The notes beneath the pieces were generated by a model, which did not search any database, was not told the origin of the DNA, and worked only from the letters and a program-made list of their open reading frames with translations. From Plasmodiophora brassicae (Eukaryota), in assembly GCA_036867785.1 (NCBI GenBank), contig CP145413.1:1054001-1118000 (forward strand): 64,000 nucleotides of DNA. The letters are read 5' to 3'. Numbering within the stretch: the first letter of the stretch is position 1; each line of letters begins with the position of its first letter. A program made the position numbers and the translations under genes. Below are positions 12,067 through 23,321 of the stretch, in pieces.

Positions 12067-13693
12067 ATGCGTTTGGGCTTCGGCAGCGTCATCGTCGTCC
12101 TAGGTGTTGTGGCTGTCAGCGCGGTCGATACCCAGCGCGGCGTTGTCCAGGCGTGTGACAACAACGAGGACGACGACGGTGATGATGCCGCTGGGTCCCC
12201 AGTGACACTGCTGGGCAGCTCACTCGAATACGGCCATACGTTGAGTACGGCAGAGGATGAGTGTCCCTCAACCGCAGGCCTTGACGATGGGTTCTCACTA
12301 TCGGGCGACGCCGAAGGTGGACCCGGGACAGACGACTTCAGTCCCGGAAGTGACGACGACGCAACACTGCCCGATTCGGATGACCATGTTCCTATGTACT
12401 CAGCCGAGTCCAGCTGGCATGGTCGTTCCATGGCTGAATGGTTCAGGGACACGTCCCCAGATCCGCCCCCGAACCTTCCAAGGTCGCCCTCTGACAGGCA
12501 TGATGCCCTCCCAATGCAGAAGGGGTCTTTCGCCCACAACAACGGAGTGGACGTCAACGACGACTGGATCGGCATGGTACAACCGCGTCCCGAGCGCTGG
12601 TCACTGCTGTCGTCCGGTCTGGCTGCCGGTAGCCATCTTGTAGCACCCATGGCAGCGCCGCCAATCGAGGGCGATCCACCTCCTGCGTCACCTCGAACGT
12701 CATTGGAACATAGCGCAACCGATTCGGCGCTCCTTGATGGCTCGTCATCCAGCAAAGACGCCGTTATGAACCCTGACGAGCGCACACCGGCCTGTGACAT
12801 CATCCGCGTTCGTACGCCGCCACCCCGGCTTCGATCGGATTTGACTTCTGACCTGACGCCAACCCGCCCAAAGCGCTCCTATGCCCGTTCCAGATATGTA
12901 TACAATGGAGGCAGCAGACGGAGCAATTCGGGGGAACGTCTTCCTTCCGTTCGGTCCTGTCGCGTCCTGGAGCTGCCAGATCCACCGTCTTCCAAGAGCG
13001 CACCGGTGAACCCGACTATGCCTGACCTGGAGCTCCTTCCGCCCATGCGACTAGGTGACCTGAAGTTGATCTGCAATTTATCGACATCGGATCTGACAAC
13101 AGGCAGGTGTTGCAGATGACGATCCGCAATCCAGTCATCCCGAAGAACAATCGCAGCCACAGCTGTCGAGTGCCCCTGAGATTGACGAATCGCCGTTGGA
13201 TGAGGACGGGCCGCGTGGGTCTTCTGAGGCGACCCGCTCTGCAGGACAATCATCGGCCTCGCCATACGACCGCGTATCGCCACCTACACCACGATCGGGC
13301 AGAGTGCGTTTGTCGAGCGCTGCTGCTCTTGTAGTGTTTCCTGCTCTTGTGTGCTCGTATCTGATCATGGTGACGAAAGACTCGGCGCCAGGCAGGGTCG
13401 GGCAGCTTTGGCCGGCCGCCCCGGTTGTTCTGCCCGTTGCCTATCTCGCAGGTAGGCGTATCGGCAGGACACTGCACCGGAACAGGGTGCCCCCCATGCC
13501 GCTTGGCAATGCCATCAGATGGCGGCACACGTTCCCCGGGTCAACGACCGCGGGGGCCATGGAGTACTCACTTGCCTCCGTTATGTTCATGATAATCACC
13601 GCTTCCATGCACCTTCTGGCGACGTGGTTGACATCGTTCCCAAGGCTCTCCGGTGTCCCGTTCTATCCTGATCGCGTTGCGTTTGTCGACTGA
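12067..13693 (+). CDS. Tandem family paralogue A: signal peptide, acidic S/P/D-rich region, conserved 3-hydrophobic-segment C-terminal domain; exons 12067-13054 and 13116-13693 (~521 aa)
   Basis: N-terminus MRLGFGSVIVVLGVVAVSA. A phase-1 GT-AG intron (13055-13115; an alternative acceptor at 13106 is also in frame) joins the two ORFs in frame. The C-terminus contains PPMPLGNAIRWRHTFP and GVPFYPDRVAFVD. Confidence 0.8.
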
Positions 13694-13926
13694 TTTTCTG
13701 TGTACGTATACGATAAACTATTTGTATTTGTTTGTAAACTGGTGCAATTGCATCAGTAAAATGCAACAGTGCCCTAATAATCTGCAGCAGGGTTACACAT
13801 GATTGTTCCATCCAGCGCACACTGGATGCTTGGGCAATGCGCGCGCGTCTAGTACGAGCCACTCCTCCACCCAGCCCCGCCGTGGTATCCGATCCGGCAG
13901 ACGCACTTGAGGATTCCCCACCCGAT

Positions 13927-13952
13927 TGCGCGACTGGGGCGGGCCCTATTTC
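13927..13952 (+). promoter_or_regulatory. Putative upstream element, copy 2 (CGYGAC-N11-CTATTT)
   Basis: tgcgcgactggggcgggccctatttc begins 96 bp before ATG 14023. Its first 10 nt are identical to copy 1. Confidence 0.5.
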
Positions 13953-14022
13953 TGGTGGTATACCCAGGAAATTCTCATGTTCGCTCCGAACGTGGGCCCA
14001 GTCCTGTGTGGCGCCTGGCCCA

Positions 14023-15876
14023 ATGCACCGTCACGTTGGCCTCTGTGTACACGTCCTTGTCATAGTCGCTTCGGCCGGAGTAGACGACGACCGTACGGCC
14101 AACGAGTTCGCGCTGTGCAACCAGCGCTACGATACCGAACGTGATGGTAATGTCTCCGATTCAAAGCAGCAGTCGATTGCGATCGACAGTCCGCTAGACG
14201 CAGACGCTCCTGACGACGCATCGACCGTTTGCACATCAGAGGATGCACATTTAGATCTGGACCACGGGTATTGGACCCCGGTGGACGAACCTGGGACTGT
14301 CACTGACTATGACGACGAAGACCCTTCCGATGACGATTTATCGTCGTCTGCGTCAGACGACGATAACGACGTCGCCGGCGATTCCAGCTTATGCCAGTCA
14401 CAACCCCAGACGCAATCCGAAATGCCGAAGCTGGGCAGAAACGTGTTTGGAACGTCTAGGGCAACGGGACCAAGCCCTGACTCAGGCCCTTCGTTGCAAT
14501 CTTGGCGTCGAGGTGGTGCGTACCCCACGCCACAACCTGATCGTTGCCAGAGGACGACAACCCCAGTTGATCAGGCATCTGACCGCGGCATCGGGACGTT
14601 CCTACCAAGTCCTGTGCCAAGCCCTTCCAGAACGCTTTTTCATCAACGTCGTCCTCGCCTACAGACACATGCTGGATTCCTCCTGTCGCCGACGCCGTCG
14701 ACAAGTACCGGGAAGTCGGTGGCTCTAGGCGCCAGCAGCGGCGAGATTACAGGAAGCTGGGTACCACACGAAAGCCTGTTTGAGTCGACCGTGACAACCA
14801 GTCGATCTGAGGAGCAGAACCCCTTTCTAATTACTGTCCCCGCACCGAAGCACGAATACGCTCAGGTGCCTACCCCGCTCACGATTTCTCGTCAAGATGT
14901 TTCCTCCCCGCGCGATGGTTGCATCCCTGGATTCGTCGTTCCTGCTGACGTCACACCGCGGGCCAATAGCGGCGCCAAGATCATGGTCCCTCGATTTAAC
15001 GCAGGAGACGAAACGAACGTGACTGTGTCACAGTCTATTGAGCAAGCCGGCAAGAATGTACTCGGTACAGAGTTGCGCTCGAAGACCGCCGGACGTCCTC
15101 CTGCGCTCGATCAGTCCTTGCTCGCTACAGGTGACGACATGTTTTGATCTTGAAGCAGCACATGTTCTGACTGAGACCATTGTGTTACAGATGGTGGTTT
15201 TCAGTCAAGCGGTTTTGAAGATGGGCTGATTCCACAGGTGACAAGTGCTCTGGAGGATATCGAATATGTGCCGGCGCCCCTGTCGTCAGCGCCAGAGCGT
15301 TCTCATGGGTTAGGCGCCCCAGATGATCTTGGGCGACACGCAACTGCGGCAGGAGGGCGGCCAGATTCGCAAGCACCAATATCGACGAAAGCTCTTGGCG
15401 AGGCGGCACTAATCGCCGAGTCGTCATCGGAGTCGTCCTCGTCAGGTAGCCGACCACAGACTGTGGCAAAGCCGTCCACAGTGCCTCCCATGGTGCTAGT
15501 TATTGGTCTTATGCTGCTCTCCATCCCTGCAATCGAACTGACGACCAGGAAGCGCACGGTGAACCCGAGACCGAGCAAGTTGGGGACGCATTGGCCGATT
15601 GCAATGGCTGCCTTACCTCTAGCATACGTTGTTGGCAGGTACATTGGCAAGAGATATCGTTCGGTAACGCCACCGATGCTCCTTGGCGATGCCGACGTCG
15701 CCTGGCGTCATACGTTCCCGAAGCAGGCGGCTGCCGGGTTCATGGAGTACTGCGTTGCAGGCGTTATTCTTCTGATCGGCACGGTTGCCGTGCGCTGCCT
15801 GGCGACACGACTGACGTCGTCCCCATGGCTACCAGGTGTCCCGTTCTATCCCGACCACGTCACTTTTATCAACTGA
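14023..15876 (+). CDS. Tandem family paralogue B; exons 14023-15130 and 15191-15876 (~597 aa)
   Basis: N-terminus MHRHVGLCVHVLVIVASAG. A 60-bp phase-1 intron (15131-15190) restores the frame. The C-terminus contains PPMLLGDADVAWRHTFP and GVPFYPDHVTFIN. Confidence 0.8.
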
Positions 15877-16166
15877 TTCGTTCCTCGCAATCGTGAGCGA
15901 GGGCGTTCCTTCCGGTCCAAGAAGTCAGGCTGTAGCTGCCGTTGGCTATAGCAGAGTCAAGCTTGTGCAGTAGATGAAAAGCAGTGCGGCTGTGAACGAC
16001 GATAAATAACGAACGGGCAAGGCTGACAACAGTAGCCCTCTCTTTGATCGGAAATTCATGTGCTCATGCGGCAGGCTTGGTTCGTTCATCCATCAGGACG
16101 AGTGAGTCGCAGGGTGCTCTCCTTAGAGAACCATCACCATTCCCATAGGCCAAGGCACGCTAGCAA

Positions 16167-16192
16167 TTCGTGACGTGGGACGAAACTATTTT
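16167..16192 (+). promoter_or_regulatory. Putative upstream element, copy 3 (CGYGAC-N11-CTATTT)
   Basis: ttcgtgacgtgggacgaaactatttt begins 115 bp before ATG 16282, with the same spacing between half-sites. Confidence 0.45.
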
Positions 16193-16281
16193 TGGCGGCC
16201 TCGGCGATGGAATGTCCTGAAATTTGCCTGCTCCGACATGTGGCCTGCCGGCTCACGCTGGGAGCCCGGGTTTTCCATCCA

Positions 16282-18275
16282 ATGCATCCGGGCGCAGGCG
16301 TCTGTGTCCTCGCTGTCGTTGTCGTGACCGCCTGCGTGACTGACGGCTCTGACTGTTCGACACGCGTCCCTGGCGGTATCGAGGCCGACGCGCCTAATGA
16401 GGATGCCACCAGTGCAAAGCAGTCGGTGCCAGGTGGCGCGCACGCTCCCCTGCTCGGCAGCGATGTTGATCACATTCAGACAATGGCCTCGTCAGAGGAT
16501 GAGCAATCCTCAGACTCTGATCAAGAGGAGCATGGGGATTCAGACGACGAGGCCGGCGCAGAGACGGACTATCCCAGTGGCGAACCACCGTCAGACGCGG
16601 ATGACCCTTCGCCTATCCGCGCGTCCGATACCCCAGGTGTATTCACCAAGAGCCCTGAGCAGCGTCGATTGGTGAGGTCGGGTGCATGGATCAGGCCGTC
16701 GGATCAAGAGCGCGAGCACTCGAGCCGGTCCAGATCGACAGCTGGCCGTCGATCCGGTGAACGAATGACACCGGCTCCGACATTGCCGAACGAGGCTCCC
16801 AGTGTTCACTGCAGGGGGTTCCTGTCTTCTGATATCAACAGCGGCGCGGTTCAACCGGAGCAACCGTTGCCGCCACTCGGGTCAGCCAGTGGACGTCCCG
16901 ACAAGAACCCACTTATAGATTTCGCTCCAGAACCAACGTATGAGGCCGACCGGCCTCCTGCAACACAGCACCGCCCTCCAGAGCCTAGAACGACCACCGT
17001 ATACCAGGAACGTCGAGACAACACTCTCTCTCGCAAAGATGCTGATAGCAGGCCTGGCCTCCCAGCTGGTGGCTGGCGCACGCCTCCGCGCGTCCAGGCA
17101 CCGCCGGCGCCTCTCGGATTCGAATTGCCCCACGATGTCACTCCTCGCGTCCATCGTATTCATGCGCCTAGCGGAGACGACGAATCGAACGAGCCTGACG
17201 GACGTCTCCCTATGAAGCAAGTTGGCAAGGACCTTTTTAAGAATTGGACGCCGAAGAGCGACTCGACGAAGCAACCCCCCGCCTTGGAATATCCGGAATC
17301 TCCCTTCCATCAAGGTAACCTTATCAGCTGGCCGTCGCAGCGGTTTGACCTGATGGCCATTGCCATATTGTTGCAGTTGGAAGCCGACAAGGTCATCGCC
17401 TAGGAGACGTGTTTCAGCCGCAATTACCACGCGTCACTGAGCGTTCCGGTCCACAGCCAGCAGCGTCGACGCCAGGTGTACCAGGTTCTCCTGGAGCAGT
17501 GTCGCGAGTGCCCGAGTTGGCGCGTAGTGGGAGCCCATCAACCTCTGTCAGGGCTGCCACCTTCAGACACCAAGAGCAACAGGACGATGACCCCCAGGCC
17601 GTGCCGCAGCGCCTCGGGCTGCCTATCGACACGACGCCAGAATTCGGCCGACCGGCCCAACAAGGTATTGATCTGGAAGCGACACCATGTCTGATGCCCA
17701 ATCACTGTGTTGCAGATGAAGGCCCGGTAGAGTTTCCAGGGAAACTACCCAGGGTCGACCCTCAGCCAACCTTTAGACCATGTGGATCGCAGACGCCAGC
17801 GGCAGCCTCACAACGACCAGTGGCGTCGTCCTCAGTGGAACAATCGTCGCCTGCGACAAAGCCATCCCGAGCCCTCCTGTTGAAAGTACTTGCCGGCCTT
17901 ACGTTGCTGTCGTCTGCGCCTGCAGTCCGATTGGCGAGGAAGAAGGGCCTGGCGAACCCGAGGCCGAACAGGCTGGCGTCGTACTGGCCGGTTGCATTGG
18001 CCGCCCTGCCTCTGGGGTTCATTGCTGGCAGGTACATTGGCAAGAAGATACGCCGGTTGATCAGGATGCCGCCGATGCCGCTCGGCGATGCGAACCGGTG
18101 GCGCCATACGTTCCCGGAGAAGGCCAGCGCCGGCCTCGTGGCGTACTACGTTGCAGGCGTCACGATCCTGGCCAGCACGGTGGCCATGTGGTTCCTGGCA
18201 ACGTGGCTGACGTCGTTCCCGAGGTGGCCCGGCGTTCCGTTCTATCCTGACCGGGTCGCGTTCGTCTCCTACTGA
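16282..18275 (+). CDS. Tandem family paralogue C; exons 16282-17314 and 17377-18275 (~643 aa)
   Basis: N-terminus MHPGAGVCVLAVVVVTAC. A 62-bp phase-1 intron (17315-17376) restores the frame. The C-terminus contains PPMPLGDANRWRHTFP and GVPFYPDRVAFVSY. Confidence 0.8.
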
Positions 18276-18365
18276 TGATACATGAAACCGGGACGTATTA
18301 TATTGTGACCTGAACCGGGACTCAGCGAACCCGGACGAATGTGAAACCCAGGCTGTACCTCAGTA

Positions 18366-21300
18366 TCACTTCTGCGTCCCCGTACTGAACCGTCGCATTG
18401 CGAGCAGCGCGTTGAAACGTCGTCGTTCCGTCGCCAGCTCGTCGTCCTTGCTGTCGAGCTTGATCTCCGCCTGGGATCGGTACGTATCGATGCGCAACGC
18501 GATCTCGCGTTCGACGCGCTTGAATTCCTGACAGCGCATGTTTGCCAGCGAGTTGGTTTCGTCCCTGATCTCGGCAATCTGCCAGGTGAGTGCAAGGCGT
18601 GAGGCGCTGAGGGCTCAGTGAGGCAAAGGTCTTACCTGCTCCCGCAACTCCTTGCAGAGATTCAACACGTGCTTCAGTCCCGATGCCATAGACAGCAGCT
18701 TTTCGGCACGGGGCGCTTGCTCGTTCAACTGTCAGAATCATCAGCCAGGACGGAAAGCGTGTTCGTTGGCAGCGCACCTGGACCTGAGCCCGGTGTCTCG
18801 TGCATTCGACTTGCAGGGCCTGGATTGTTTGCAGTAGCGCAGAGCTTTCAGCTCGCTTCTCCTCGACCTCTTCCCGACACAATTCCAACGAGGTCTGGAC
18901 TTGACGCTTCTCATACTTGAGTGCCTACGTAGGTATTTAATCAGAACAACCGTACAACTAGCGTACACTTCGCCGAAAATGAACAGATGCACCTGAATAA
19001 CGTGCAGGTTCTCCTGCATGTCAGTTGTCTCCTGACAAGTCATATTCAGATATACATAACGCGAGAATCAAGCCTGGTTCACTCGTTACCTTCAACGTAT
19101 AGGCGGCAATGGTAGAGTCAAGCTCCAATATACGAGCCTAGGTAGGAACAGGTGAATGCCGAGGTGGACCAACACGCGGGAGGTAAAACCTTGGCAGTTT
19201 CCAACGATTCGGTAATGTCGTGATTATCGCAGAGGAGAGCTTGCCGCTCCAGTCGAAGAGACCCGTTCTCGTGGCGCAGCTTCTCGCAACGAGATTTCAG
19301 ATGGGATAGCTGACGTAAGGCTTCCTCGGTTTCCTGGACTTGATTGTGGTACTGTGCCAATTAGCTTCAGAGACGGCGCTAGTCAACTAGAATCGACCGG
19401 TATGTCTGCCTTATCATGTACACCAGCTAATTCCTCCTCGTATTGCGATGACGCCTGTCGCGCGTCCTGGTCGTGCTGATTGAACATGAGACATCAGGTA
19501 CCATTCAGCCAGCGAAGCCTCTCACCTTATCGGACAGTGCTGACAGGCGAGCTCGCAGAAAGACCACCCTAGAACCATAAGACAGGCGAGACGGCCTTGA
19601 CAGAATCGCCTGCCTACTCATTTGTTGCTCGGTGCAAGCGCACACTCATCCGCGAATGACTGTTGGTCAGCCCGTACAAGTGCACGTGCAACTGCTTGAT
19701 GCTGCCTTCGAGAGTCGCCAATCGAACACCTAACTGGGCAAGCTGCAGGTGCAGTGGAAGTTAAACTCAAGGTCCACGAATGCAAAGCACATCGACTGAC
19801 GAAAGCGCCCCACGTGGATTCCCATTCAGCAGACCTCCCGAGAAGATGAACAATGGCCTTTATAGCGCGACCCAAGTTGCCTATGCCCTGCGAGTTCGAC
19901 TTTCGAACGGTATGAAGCCGGCGGGAAACGGAGTCGAGGTGACCCTGCACGAATACCATCACATTACGTGAGGCACAGAATCAGCAGTGCCGGCGTACCA
20001 AAGCGAAACGGAGATCGTTGACGAGGTACGCGGCTGTCCCTTTTGATCCCTCCAGCGACGCATGAAGGTTTGACAGTTGATCACCGCTGTCGGTTTCTGC
20101 GACCTGAAGCGGTACCGGGCATAGTCGTAGTTCAGCACGCCGGAGATCGTTCCAGGGACCCAGCACAGCAGAAGCAGGGGCACGATCATCGGTATTGTCA
20201 GCGTGACAGGAAACAACGTCCCAGTACCGCCGGCGCCAACTGTGAACCTCCGACTCCAGGCTAGAAACCAGCTGGAATTGCAAGTTCGCCAGCGGCGTCA
20301 GCGCATCGTCGTTCGTGGGAGGAACGTCAACACTGCCAATCAGTCCGAGAAAGTTGGACGACAACAGGTTGCTGGGCAGGTCCTCATGCTCAGGGCATCT
20401 TGTCTTGCTCTGCCAGACCGCAACCTCAGATTCCAGGGCGTGGCAGCAACGAACTAATTCCGCTGCCCTGGTCAAAACCTCGGACCGCTGTAGCCGCTCA
20501 CCAGCAGCCAGCGAGCCGACTTCGGCAGCTAGGAGCAATGCCTGTCCAAGACGGGATCGCATGACTTCGCCCGTTGATTCATAACTGAACGTCATCCGAG
20601 AGACGATGCGTACAAGATGACCAGCATGACGAGACAGTACACAGACGTCAGGCTCGTCGAAGCGTCGTGAAACTGCCCTGAACCGCAATTCAGTTTCAAG
20701 GTTCTGTAGTTGAAGCGATTGCACCGAGAGCGTTCTGCAAGTGGACGCGAGCTCGGCTCGGAAATAGGCAGCCGACGCTGAAAATCGAGCAGCGAGTAAC
20801 AAAGAACGTGCCACGTACTGATTCAGCGCTTCGATAATGCGCTCATTGTCCCCAAACGTCTTGGCGCAACATTGGACGTGGTCGACGAACTTTCGTTGGG
20901 CAGCACGCTCGCGATAAATGGATTCCGATAAAGCGCGTGAAAGCGTTCCATAGTGGAGGTTTGACGTGAGATCGGCGAGACACATCGAGAGGTCCCATTG
21001 TCGGATCCGAGAAGCAGCTACTAATTGTCGCAGCTCGGCGACCTTGGCATCGGTCTCAAGTTGTCGTTTGCACAGAGCCTGGAACTCCATTCGGCTCCTC
21101 GAAGCGACTTGCTGTGCATCGGATGCCAACTTCATCGCTTGCCTGACGACCTCTGTATGAAACACGTCGACGCAGCGAGTTGATGAACCACATGTGCAGT
21201 GCTTACACAGGGCGAGCCTCTGCCACCGTTGGACTTCAGCTTCCAGCATGCCGATAGCTTCGTGCTGCTTGGAAATTGTAAACCGCATCTAACAGGGTTC

Positions 21301-22802
21301 TCATTGGTCACGCGGTCATTATCGATGCCGCTCTGGACGCACCTCTCCGATCTCGGAAATGGCGTCAATCAAACGACGCGCAGGCGGGTCATGTGAGCAA
21401 ACATGATCGTGGTGGTCGACGACATCCATAGACTGCGACGCTGGTTCAGAAATCAACTTGGCCGAGCGTCAATGACCGGCACAACTTTGGAACTACCAAT
21501 TTTACAGGTTTGCCATAAATCGGAGAACCTGGTTGTAGTTGAGTACGATGGTGATCATTCAGGGAATGTAGGTTGCTTGCGAAACGAGAAATCCAAGAAC
21601 GCGTCAGCGCTTGCTCAACAAAGGATCTGTTCACTATGTTTACGAACGTGCCACTGTCAACGGAACCGTAGAGTACCTTTTACTGGTTTCTAGGAGCACC
21701 CTATTGTGCCATGTGATGACATCGCAACGGCGTTCCAGATGACTGCATGATGAAGACAGGATGTGGCGTGCCTTGCAGAACTCATCCTGCAGGCTCTCAA
21801 TGTCCTGGGCTTTCTGATGCAGTGCGTCTTCCAGCGTCTTGATACAGGTAGTCTGGCGGGACAATGTGCACGATTGCACCGATATGACGATCGAAGAAGC
21901 ATCTCGAACTTCGTTTGCAATGATGGAGAGCATGGCGCAAACACAAAGAGAGACACGCGCGGCTGTAACCTCTCTTTCCAGACTGGCGATCGTCCGGGCC
22001 TGCTCCTTGGACAGGTCTACCAGTTCCGACACAGTACGACGCTCCGCAGCCAGCAGCGTCCAGGCAGATATCAATGCCATGACAAGGTTTCCGACGATGG
22101 GCACGACTGATTTCCGCCACATTCCCAACGTCACAACCACGTCCTAAACCTTTGTCAGAAAATGTCTTTGCACCAGAAGAACTAACACACTAGACCGACC
22201 TGCAACCTCGATATGTCGGTCAGCAGCAATTTCAAGTCCGATTCGCAATCGTTGGAACAAGCGCGAGCGTCGCTGGACTGTGCGCGGTACTCGTTGAGCA
22301 CATCATGCAGAGAAGAAAATGACGCCGCTACAGCATTGAATCTTGGCGATGGTCTGCCCGGACATGAGCCTGACGATATTACGCGGCAGCATGGTACTCA
22401 CGATGAGCAGCGAGGCAAGGTTTCAGTGCGAGGACGATGCGTAGCAAGCAGACGATCATATGCGTGCTGAAGATCGTAATGCCTCGTCCTCCAAACCGAG
22501 CATTCCTCTTCACATCGCTCGATCACCCGACGTTGCCGACAGATGATCTCCTGGTAGCTTTGCAGGCGGTCGCACAGTTCCGAAACCGTATCCGACGCCA
22601 CGCTGCCGGTCGCCGTATGTGCACGTTTGTCCACGATGGGAGGGCGCCCCCCATCCGCGTCACCTGTAACGGCGGAGCGCTGAACCCGCTTCAAGACCGC
22701 GGCGCGTGCCAGCGACGCTGCTCGCGACGCCCGCCTGCATCGTTCGTCTCTCCACCGCGTTATGTTCTCCACCTCATCCTCATGGTTGACCCGTAGCGAC
22801 AT
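18366..22802 (-). CDS. Uncharacterised multi-exon coiled-coil protein (start and single-gene status uncertain)
   Basis: A series of minus-strand heptad-rich exons (e.g. 19981-21288, 19118-19360, 22398-22802). The last exon reads IAEIRDETNSLANMRCQEFKRVEREIALRIDTYRSQAEIKLDSKDDELATERRRFNALLAMRRFSTGTQK* with the stop at 18366-18368. Confidence 0.55.
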
Positions 22803-23321
22803 TGCCGGAGCGGGCCGATGTCGTAACAGTCGGGAGTCGGGACTCGGGACGCGAAGATGGCGCCAAAAAGATCGTCGTTCGCTTCAGCGTCAGTTCGTCT
22901 GACAAAAATATGGTAACAACTGCGGGCGCGCCCGCGGGAAACCCAGATGCAAGGAGCGGTGTTCCGGCTCCACACGCAAAGGCGGATGCTTCATCCGACG
23001 TCGTTTCATAAGCAACGCCCTTATGGTCTTGGCATATCAAACTGTACTGATGATGCCACTAGTCTGCTAGAAGAGCATTCAACCGACCTGCACACCGGAG
23101 ACAGCGCATCGACGTTGCAAACCTACCGGTACTATTGTAGCAGCAAGGACGTTCCGGGAGTTTGGAAAACATGCTGGAGGGTGGTGAGCAGACAGTGTGA
23201 CGAGCAAGAATTCGGTACGAACCGGGCTGCGGTTCCGTCATTACTAGCCGACAAAGCGATGACCTAGGGCGTCCTCGTACTGTAAAACAAGCTTCACCGA
23301 TCGTCGCCGCCGAGCAGGTCC

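Noticed and set aside
13837-14022. N-terminal extension of ORF 13837-15147 (and similarly 16192-16281)
   Set aside because: It overlaps the conserved upstream motif. The downstream ATGs (14023, 16282) place the signal peptide at the N-terminus as in paralogue A.
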